64,000 nt of DNA from Azolla caroliniana (Eukaryota; Plantae; Polypodiophyta): positions 3,782,001 to 3,846,000 of the forward strand of contig JBHGNT010000002.1 in assembly GCA_043228905.1 (NCBI GenBank), given 5' to 3'. The stretch's first letter is position 1. Each line of letters begins with the position of its first letter. Under the pieces are notes generated by a model. The model saw only the letters and a program-made list of their open reading frames with translations. It was not told the DNA's origin and searched no databases. Made by a program: the position numbers and the translations under genes. Positions 41,155 to 50,965 of the stretch are shown one piece after another.

Positions 41155-41860
41155 TTTAGGGTTAGGATTAGCGTTAGGTTTAGGGTTAAGGAGAAGTTCG
41201 AGAAGAGATTTTAAAGTGGCAAGATCATTAAGGAAGATCAAAGTAGGATTAATGACACTTGGAGCTGGATCAAGGAGGATCCAAGAGGGAGCTTAAGCAT
41301 ATGATTACGGTTTTGGAAGTTGGATTAGAGGGACATTAGGCATATGATTAAGGTTTGGGTGAGATTGGAGGGAGGTTAAGCATATGATTAAGGAGATTTG
41401 GAGGTGGATTAAGGGAGGATCAAAATAGGATTACAGGGAGATTAAGCACGATTTTGGTTGGAGAGCTTAAGCATGGGATGAAAGAAGAGGATGGAGGATT
41501 AATGAGAATATGAAGTGTATTAAGGGAGTTTCAATGGGGTTAAAGGAGAGATTTAAGGGTGTTTGGAATGGATTAAGGAAGGATCAAAAGTGACGTTGGA
41601 GGGAGATTAAGGAGGTTTGGAGGGGGATTAAGCAGGATCAAAGTGGGATTAGAGGAAGATTGGGGAGTGTTTTGGAGGCCTTGGGAATGGGATTTAAGGA
41701 AGAAAATGATGATTAAAGGAAGGAAGTGGGATTAGAGGGACATTAATCGGAGGAGGCCTTAGAGGGACATTAATCGGAGGAGGCCTTAAGCATGTGATTA
41801 GAAGTGGATTAAGAGGTGACCCAAGTCAGATTAGAGGGAGATTAAACCGAAATTGAAGAG
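41155..41860. repeat. Telomere-like TTTAGGG tract grading into a degenerate purine-rich GGATTAAG array upstream of the CLT ATG
   Basis: TTTAGGGTTAGGATTAGCGTTAGGTTTAGGGTTAAGG at 41155-41191; recurrent GATTAAG/GATTAG motifs; exact 28-bp tandem at ~41733-41788. Confidence 0.75.
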
Positions 41861-42015
41861 AGAGAGAGAACTTTTATGATTAGAGGAAGGGCCAAAAAAA
41901 GAAAAAGAAAAAGGATTAAAGGCTTCTGCTAATCCAATTTGCATTAAGCAAAACAGGGCAAAGTGTTTTCTTTTTTTTCTGTTTTGGGGGGGGAGGGGAG
42001 GACACTCAGACATGA

Positions 42016-42057
42016 TGAGTCAGCAGGTGACGTGTCAGCACTTTAGTCCACGTCACC
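42016..42057. promoter_or_regulatory. bZIP-site cluster (TGAGTCA plus inverted TGACGTG pair) upstream of CLT
   Basis: TGAGTCA at 42016-42022; GGTGACGTG at 42026-42034 and its exact inverse CACGTCACC at 42049-42057. Confidence 0.55.
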
Positions 42058-42118
42058 GCTCATCTCACGCACACACACATATTGATATATGTATAGAATT
42101 AGAATACATAACGCTTGA

Positions 42119-42271
42119 CTTATGGGCTTCCTATTTGTGGCATGTGTATGTATGCCATAACATTTCATTATGTACATAGTACATGTATGTATGTTTGATG
42201 CAAGCAGTAATTTGAGAGAGCCTTATACATAGCACTTGACTTTTGTGCTATGTATGTATGTGTGTGTGTGT

Positions 42272-42313
<42 letters not shown>

Positions 42314-42633
42314 GTGTATGTGTGTATGTGTGTATGTATGTGTGTGTGTATGTATGTATGTATGTATGTATGTATGTGTGTATGTATGTATGTATGTATG
42401 TATGTGTGTATGTATGTATGTATGTATGTATGTATGTGTGTTTGTATGTGTGTATGTGTGTATGTGTGTATGTGTGTATGTGTGTATGTATGTATGTATG
42501 TATGTATGTGTGCATTGTGTATGTATGTACCTAACACTTTTCTTATGGGCTTCCTATTTGTGACATGTGTGTGTGTATAACATTTCATTACATGTATGTA
42601 TGTTTGATGCAAGTAGTAATTTAAGAGTGCCTT
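42119..42633. repeat. (GT)n/(GTAT)n compound microsatellite flanked by ~100-bp direct repeats
   Basis: CTTATGGGCTTCCTATTTGTG...TGATGCAAG.AGTAATTT occurs at ~42119 and ~42542, around the 42250-42530 tract. Confidence 0.92.
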
Positions 42634-42919
42634 TTTGCTTGTGCTTTCTTTTGGGTGCCTCGCCTCATTAGAAGGTTTAGGGTTTAGGTCTCTCCCCACC
42701 CCTTCACCTGCGCCACTTGCTCACTTGCCTTGACTTCGCCTCTGCCTCGCAATACAATTCATTTATCCCTATGTGAATTGAATCATCGGCCGTAAATTGA
42801 ACGTGCCGGATCGCCCCTTCCTTCGTGTCTGTCTGTCTATATATTTGCCATGTGTCAATTAGCCTTTCGGACCAAACCGTCTGAAATGCAATTCCACATC
42901 CACATCCTTCTGAACCAAA

Positions 42920-43262
42920 TAACTGAAACAAGTTCCCATGTGGATGTAGCATGGACTCATTGGTTTGTAGGATCTACGAGACTGATTCAATAGTGTTGCA
43001 TAAGCCTTCAAAGTAGATAATTGAAACAAGATTCCATTCGGATGTGTCACAAATTCAGTTGTTTGAAGAATGTGTGGAGATAGATTCCTTCTTGTTGAGG
43101 CTTTTGGACTGTATAACTAAAACAAGATTCCTCAGTCATGTGGCATGAACTCGTGGCCAAAAGAATGTGTGGGGTGCTTTCCTTCCTATCCATTATCCAT
43201 CGTGTTGCTTAGCCTTCCAAATTAAGTAACTAGAAACAAGAGGCCATGGGTGATGTGTCATG
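42920..43262. repeat. Degenerate tandem repeat, ~100-bp period, 4 units
   Basis: AAC/TTGAAACAAG..ATGTGTCA-like core at ~42921, 43019, 43114 and 43228. Confidence 0.75.
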
Positions 43263-44639
43263 AAATCATTGTTGGAAAGGAAATGGGCCAGGCAAGTCTC
43301 TCCTCGTTTTCGAACCTCTTCAACCAGCCATTTTCGCATCTCCACTTAATTACTTTACAAGAGCTAAGGGTCGTGTTGCGTGATCATCATTTGATATTGA
43401 AGAGAAATTTGTGTTTGCCATTATTTGTGAGTTGTGAGCTTCTGATAATGCTCGAGTCATTAATGACATGTAGGGGTGTATGATTTCAGGACATATGAAA
43501 CATGCCAAACAAGGAGGGGAAGAGAGAGACAAATTTCCCCTTTTTCATTTCAACGATCATGGTATCATAATATTTTTTAGAAGATTAATGGGTTTCTCGT
43601 TGAACATCTTGAGAATTTAACTTTGACCAATATCACATCGACACATAAATCCTAACTTGCTTCGAAAAAAATATTGGTCTTAACACTTCATATAGTACTT
43701 AAGAATATTTGTTATACCCTTCTTAATCGTATGATGCAAAACTTACTTAAAAGTTAATACTGTAGTGAACTTTGTTGTTGCGCATTGACATCTAATGTTA
43801 TCGAAAACTTTGTTATTGTGTCCAAGACTAATGAATAAGGTAAAGTTGAATAAATACATAGGTGTTCAATCAATGTTAATAAAGTTTTATAATACATTAT
43901 ATGAAATTTGAATAATCGGCAAACTGTCGATATATGATTGCATAACTTTTTTGTGCATGATTCATTGGGTTAGTCTTTTGATGTAAGCACGAACCGCGAG
44001 CCCTTTTTAGATAATGAATGAAACATATTGATGATACACTTGGCAATCTAACATGCCTTACAATCTTTTAAAACCATGAATGCATGCCTCCTTGATGAGA
44101 AAATCAAAAGTTTCACATTGCATATGATAGCCAACAAGAACGAAACAATATTATTCAAGGTAAGCAACAACCTTCCTCCATAGCATCTTATTGGTTTTTT
44201 GAGAGTACTTTATATATTATGATGTATCTCCTCAAAATTTGCACCATTGTATTTTGTTATCACTCTTCTCTTTCCTCTAATTTTAAAAATGGTTGGGAAA
44301 TACGTTGGAAGGAGGAACACAAACTCTTCTTACATTTCACTATGTACTTTAAAAACATTGACTTTTCATTTTTATTCAATTATTGCCTTGTTATTCGTTG
44401 CAAAAGAATATGAAGATATATGTCCAATCTCTATTACTCTCCAAAGAAGGGGTGTTAATTGGTAGAACCTCATGACTTGTGAGTCATGACGTGTGCAAGA
44501 AGAATGTGGTACAATAGAAACAAGCCTTAAATAGTCAAGGCACAAATGCCCAACAAACGCAAACACAAGGGAATATAGGGAGAGGGGCACACATTAGTTT
44601 GTAGATGCACTTATGAAAAAAAGTAGCGAAAGCATATCG

Positions 44640-44870
44640 AGGACTAGCCACACACGAATCAATGACAGGTGAATGTAGGTGCTCCTCTAAGCTTGAGAGG
44701 AATAAGTACATTCAAGAAGCATAATCCATTATATCAAATATAACTTTAGGTGCATTGAGAATGTCACTAACCACTACAAGAATCAATGATAGGTGAATTT
44801 ACGTGGGCCCTAGGCATAAGATGAATAAGCACATTGGAGAAGCGTCATGCTTTGTATCAAAACAACTTAG
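44640..44870. repeat. Diverged ~125-bp tandem duplication
   Basis: GAATCAATGA.AGGTGAAT..GAATAAG.ACATT..AGAAGC occurs twice. Confidence 0.75.
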
Positions 44871-46381
44871 GTTAATTGTGGATATCAAAACAAATTGACA
44901 TGCTCAATGGTTTCCGTTATATGTAGTACATAAAACTAGCAAATCTACTCATTGGCATAATAAACATGTTTATACTAGTGATTTTATTCTTTGATTGGGA
45001 ATTTGGCCTAGGTGAATGCTTAGAACATTACCATTTGAAGTATAGACATGTAATATTTAGATCACAATCCATGTCAAGCAATAGAATGTTATTGGTTCCG
45101 ATAAAGGGCATTGCTACTAAGCAATGAACTATATTTATTTATTTATTTATTAATGTATTCTTTATTCATTTGGTATCTCTCTCAACTTCTATTTTTATTA
45201 GTTTCTCTCTCTCTCTTTGTCCATCATAGTAACCCTTCCTATCTAGAGAAGGACCAATACAGTCTTACACGTTGGGTAAGTACATAAACACAAAAAAACA
45301 AAAGAATACATGGAATGTACGAGAATAATACAAAAAAGTGGCATTTAACACATTTGAGCAAACTTTTCACCCTAGCATCCAATATATACAAACTATTGCA
45401 TGAGTGTATGAGCTTTTCTAGGCCAACTTATACATAACTATCCTTCGTACATACATTGAACCTAGACTTATTTAAGCTTCTTCACAACTTCAAAACACTA
45501 CACATTGAACCTAGTCATAAGTTCAATCCACAAAGGTTACACATTGACCTTTTAATGTTGTTAATATGTTATTGTCTCGGCATTACCACAATTATACAAA
45601 TGAGCACATGGTAGAACCAAGTGTCATCCTAAAACCACTAAAAGTTTTTTTATGATCAAGCATACATGGCTAGAAAAATGCATAAACTAACTCATAGCTA
45701 ATAGAGCTCTTCCAACATCTACCCACTTGCAATATCAACCTTTTCCCAAACATGTGTTGGTCATGTAAGACCACTTTTTGAAGATGTAGATATAAATGCT
45801 ATTTAAGTGCGAGCTTGGGAGCTTGCAATTGAAGATATAACCCTATGGGAAGGTTCAACAAGATAAAGTTTAAGTAGAGTAGGATAATAGTGCATACATG
45901 TTGCTTGAGGTGTACTTCCCTTTCGGCTACAAAATCCATGTCAAAAACCTTAACCAACAAGAGAGATAATATAAAAGAATGATATTGCATTGTTGATCAT
46001 ACAATGTTTTCTCGGCATCTATGTTTATTTGTTTGATTGAGGATTATAGTCATTTGTGTTTGTAATGTGTTACGTGTATGATGGTTGAGTATAGTGATAG
46101 AGATTTGTTATTGGGTCCCCTTTTGTGCATTCTACATTGTATTGTCATAACCAACTACATGATTAATCAACCATTGGGTGTCTACTCACTATCCTTTGAG
46201 TATTGCAAATAATTGTTTGTTTGACAACTTAACCTTGTAGATCCATTGGTCTTCATAAAGTTTTGTCCCATACATGTAGCTAATATAACTCTCAAAACGG
46301 GATCGTTCATATGATTTTTTTTTGTGTGGTTGGGATGCCGCTTACAAAACAAACATAACAGTTTCTCATAACTTGGGCAAA

Positions 46382-48088
46382 TGTGAGTTCTAGACCGTGA
46401 GGTCAATACAAGGAGTGCGAACGGTATACAATCGGTGGGTGAGTGTGAGATTAAGAGTGAGAATTTTAGAGAGAGAGATAGAGAGAGAGAGATGTACAAA
46501 GTTTAGAGAGAGAGAAATAGACTAAAAACTAATTCATATTGAGAAACTTAAAAAGTAATACAAAGAAATAGTCAATGTGGCAAACTAGTTTCGCTCCTAA
46601 GGAACTCATCAGTGCACATGACCATATAGAATTAGAGGGGTTTATATAGGGAAGATAAGGGATGAGAGAGAGAGTGAGAGAGAGAGAGAGTGTGTGTGTT
46701 CAAATTTGATGATGGGGTTTGATATATTTGGTGTGGGATAGAAGATTTTATGGGCTTATTTGAAAAACATGTAGGGGAGTGTGAGAGAGAAAGAGAGAGG
46801 AAGGGTAGGAGAGAAGCGTGTGAGGTGGGAGTTAGGGATGGTGAAGCATGTTAGATTGTATGGAGATCTTTGAAAAAAGGAGGGGGGTAGGAAGATAAAT
46901 TGAGAAGAATTGGAGGGTAGATTGGAAATTAAAGTGGAGGAGGAAAGGGTAGAGTGAGATTAAGAAGAATGAAAGGGGGAGGGGTACGAAAAAATTACTA
47001 AAAGAGGGAGGGGTATGAATGTAATTATAGAAAAAAGGAAAGGGGAAAGGGGTAGATTGAAATTAATGAACGAGACAGGGGTAGAGTAAATTGACAAAGT
47101 GGGAATGAAGTGAAAAGGTCACCAAGAACGATTCAAGTGCACCCAAATCGTTTCATATACTTGGCGTGAGTTAGGGAAGGGTAGGGGTAAAGTTAGAGTG
47201 GCAATGAAAAAGTAAAGGGAGGGGTAGACGATCAAATTAGGAAAAAATAAGGGGGAGGTGATGGTTAGAAGAAAAATTTGGAAACAATAAAAGGTAAGGG
47301 GAGGGATAGGATTAAAATAGGAAAAAAGAGAATGAGGGGAAGATGCTAAAAATTAAGAGGTGAGGGGTAGAATTGGAAAATAGGAGAAACTGAATTAGGG
47401 GAGGATGCTAAAAGTTAAAATGTGAGGGGTAGAGTTAAAGATAAGGAAAAGTAAGGGGAGGGTATAGTGAAAATATTGAAAAGTTAGGGAAGGGGTAGAG
47501 TTGAAAATAGGTAAGGGTATGATGAGAATTAGGTAAAAATAAAAGAGGGGTAAAGTTAATATAGAGAGAGACTATGGGGGAAGGATATCATGCAAGAGAA
47601 AGTGAGTGGGAGGGAGAGTGATGCAAGGTATATTGGTTACAACGGAAGGGTAGAACATATGTTGAATACAAATGCCGGCTACAATGTAGCCCCGTGCATT
47701 GGAAAGGAAATACTAAGATTATGCAAAATGCCAACTATTGAAAGTAGTCCTATGCACACATACTAAAAGAGACAAAAGGGAATGCATGGCTACCGAATGT
47801 AGTCCCATGCTTACAATGAAAAGATGTAAGGAAGTGAGAGATAATATGTTGAAGGCATGTATGGGATGCCGATGATGCCGTTGCAAAAGCCTTCCACTTG
47901 AAATGAGGGAACTCGACACGAAATGGATACTCGAAGGGCGTCGATCATATGCCACCATGGGTTCACGTCTCTGTGGATTGGTCCTCCATAGAAATTACTA
48001 CGAATTGTGAGTTCTAGACCGTGAGGTCAATACAAGGAGTGCGAACGGTATACAATCGGTGGGTGAATGTGAGATTAAGAGTGAGAAT

Positions 48089-48183
<95 letters not shown>
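46382..48183. repeat. Two ~90-bp near-identical direct repeats (from 46382 and 48006), each followed by (GA)n, enclosing a polypurine array
   Basis: TGTGAGTTCTAGACCGTGAGGTCAATACAAGGAGTGCGAACGGTATACAATCGGTGGGTGA occurs twice; an A/G-rich tract lies at 46650-47650. Confidence 0.9.
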
Positions 48184-48184
<1 letters not shown>

Positions 48185-48207
48185 TGCCATGAGTTTTGTG
48201 GTTGTTT

Positions 48208-48292
48208 GGATGCTTCAAGCATTGCAAGTTAAGCGTGCTTGAGCCAGAACAGTATTGGGATGGGTGACCTCCCGGGAAGTCCTGGTTACATC
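48208..48292 (+). mobile_element. 5S rRNA-derived sequence (Cassandra-LTR-like or SINE3-like); not an intact 5S gene
   Basis: AGTTAAGCGTGCTTGAGCCAGAACAGTATTGGGATGGGTGACCTCCCGGGAAGTCCT matches plant 5S box A, IE and box C. About 30 nt of the 5' half are missing and no oligo-T terminator follows. Confidence 0.8.
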
Positions 48293-49514
48293 TACGGTAG
48301 TAATGGGTTCGGGGGGGCCCATTGCTATCAAGAGTGGACATGCTCCGTATTCGAGCGGTATATCGACCAACACTCCTTGCAAAGCCGTAAGGCAAACCCT
48401 AAGGTATATTACTTATTTAAAATTTAATGATCAAATTGGTTTTGTAACTTACTAGTTAGGCATTGTTTGTCTATTTCTTTGCCATGTTCGTGGAATGTTG
48501 CCCTTGGCACACAATATAAAACCACCTTGAGACCAAGGATAGGTTTTAACATTTGATTGCAAACGAGCGTACAAAATCATAATTGTTAAAGTTGATGAAC
48601 ACTTGGACATAAAATATAAATTTTGAAGAGGACAAGATTCAAACATTGTTACTCCAATTTATGCGGCAACGTAGATACCAATGGTGTAGTGAGCGCACCC
48701 AAACAATAGAAATATATATCAAACATGTTATGTTATCTCTTCACAAGTGGTGTAGTTTGTAATTTGAGAACACAAGACAACCGAATTTTGTGGTTCATTT
48801 GTAGGCATTTTGACAATGAATGATATATGGAAAGAGTTTTGGATTTTTGGAATACATGCACCGCATGCATCGAGGAGAAGAGGTCCCCTATGGCAAGACA
48901 TATGTGCTTATCCATGCATATTGTCCTCGTCACTAGTTTCTTCAATGCATCACTCCTCATTGTGTATCTTTAACCTTATACACTTGGCATTTCACAAGAC
49001 TCATATGAACGTGACATGATTGTTTCGTATGAGGCCACATGTTCAGTTACATACGACGACATTAAAATGCTTGATATAAAGAGGCACGGAAAGTGGGACT
49101 AGACTTATTTGCGAGTCCCTTAATTCTAGCTCACCCTTTGACACATAGTGATACACATACAAGCTTTCTCTGGGGTTGGTTCCTAGAGCACCCTTGGATG
49201 ATGTCCATATGACCATTATCTGAGCAAGAAAAGCCGTGAGGCTATGCAGGGGGGGGGACAGATTGAAGATACGAAAGGTTATGGGTCAGGAAAGGCTGGC
49301 ATCGAAGCGGTCGGCCAACAAGAAGAGTGTGGTGGGTGCAGAAAGAAAGATGGTTGCCCAGGCGGATCCAGAGGCCGGAGCACTGAGGGTCGAGATTTAT
49401 GTGGGTTGTCGGGAGGTGTGCAGGAGTCGGAGGACTGGAGTACATGGGGTTCAGTGTCCCGAGCCAATGAAGGAGGGAAAGTGCCGGAGGCCTGCCGCCC
49501 ATCCCCCCCATCTC

Positions 49515-49700
49515 ACACACAGAGTGAGCAAGCGAGTGAGTGCCCATTTGAGAGAGTGTATAGATAAGAGTATGGGTGCCCATTTGAGAGAGAGTGTATA
49601 GATAAGAGAGTGAGTGCCCATCAGAGAGAGAGTGTATAGATAGATAGTCGGTCATAGAGGTTGAGTGGCCATATGAGAGAGAGAGTGAGTGCCCATCTGT
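49515..49700. repeat. Tandem ~35-bp repeat containing GTGCCCAT, upstream of the OTU gene
   Basis: GAGTGAGTGCCCATTTGAGAGAGTGTATAGATAA and variants, 4-5 copies. Confidence 0.88.
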
Positions 49701-50965
49701 CTGCAAAGGCTCTTTTTCTTTGGGCTTTGCAGACAGAGAAGATAGAAGTTGGCCATTGGGCCTTCCTCTCCTTCGGATTTCTACAGTTTTGACTCTCTCT
49801 CTCTCTCTCTCTTCCACAGCCCTTTGCTTTTCTGTTTTGGAAATACATATCGAGGAAGCTCAAGGTTCCTTTCTTTCAAACAGGTAAAAAAAACTTCTCT
49901 CTCTCTCTCTCTCTCTGAGAATCGGATCGAAACGGCATCGTTTCTGGTATATGGAAACGGAGGCAGCTCAGAAACACCGTCTCCTCCCACTTTACAGTGC
50001 TCGTTTCTGATGGGTGAAGAACAATCAATTGTTCTCTCAAAATCCTATGATTTTTTGGAGTTTTTTTTTTCGGTATGCTATAAATGAATATGACTCAGAT
50101 TCGTATGTATGTTAAAATATCATACCCTACTTTTGATCAGGTACATGTAGTTTCATCCCTAAATCTGAATTCATAATGAAAGAGATTATAATATTTTATC
50201 ACTGGCTCATCCAATCCTATATTCAATATGGCGTTACACTTTCTTTTGTTAATATCTTGTAGCTTTACCTTACGTTGACATCAAAATGAAAATTTTAGGA
50301 TTTGTTCTTAGTTTCTTTTATTGATGCATTTCAGCTTTGCTGAGCAGGATAAAATTCCTACACCGTCTATGATTAATTTCACGGTGTTGCACTTATAATT
50401 CTGAGATTATGATTGTCTCTTTGGTTGATAATTGTTTCATTCCCATCTTTGCTCGAGATGGATTATAAGATCATTTAATTATAAAAAGGAAGTGACGAGA
50501 AATTCACCACAATAGATCATGATCAAATAAAGGAATTAATTAATTGAAAGAACACAATGTGTGGGTTTTTAAAGAAAGAATAATTCAAGGTTCAAAACAT
50601 CACTAGATTGCAATAACATGAAGGACTTTATTTTTTTGTCTGTTAAGCCCAGTAGTGAGCATGAGACTACTTTAACTTAGATCATGTGTACATGACCTTG
50701 GCAATTGTATGATATTCATGGCTGAGTTGAAAATTTCCTCCATTGTTTCAAAATGCGGGTTAATCTTATCGATGGAATGATATTGGTCTGAATTAGAATA
50801 TGATTTGTGGGTGACTGTTGAATTAGTAGCTAAAGGTAAATGCTTCTATGTTCCTGTTCTGGCCTGAATACAACAATGTAACTTCTCAATTCCATCTCTT
50901 GTAGTTGTCAAAGTCCTTATTTAGCTTGTGACCCTAGATGGGTAGTGGAAAATACATTGCATGAG

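Noticed and set aside
42168-42699. Several 94-158 aa HT/YVC-rich ORFs
   Set aside because: They are translations of a GT/GTAT microsatellite.
42920-43262. CRISPR-like repeat-spacer pattern
   Set aside because: The context is eukaryotic, the repeats are poorly conserved, the spacers are partly homologous and no cas genes are present.
48208-48292. Functional 5S rRNA gene
   Set aside because: About 30 nt of the 5' half are missing, there are several substitutions, and there is no T-run terminator or tandem array.
48370-48405. Hammerhead ribozyme or telomerase RNA template
   Set aside because: The CUGAUGA and GAAA cores are absent. AAACCCTAA is a common telobox, and no USE/TATA type-3 promoter was seen.
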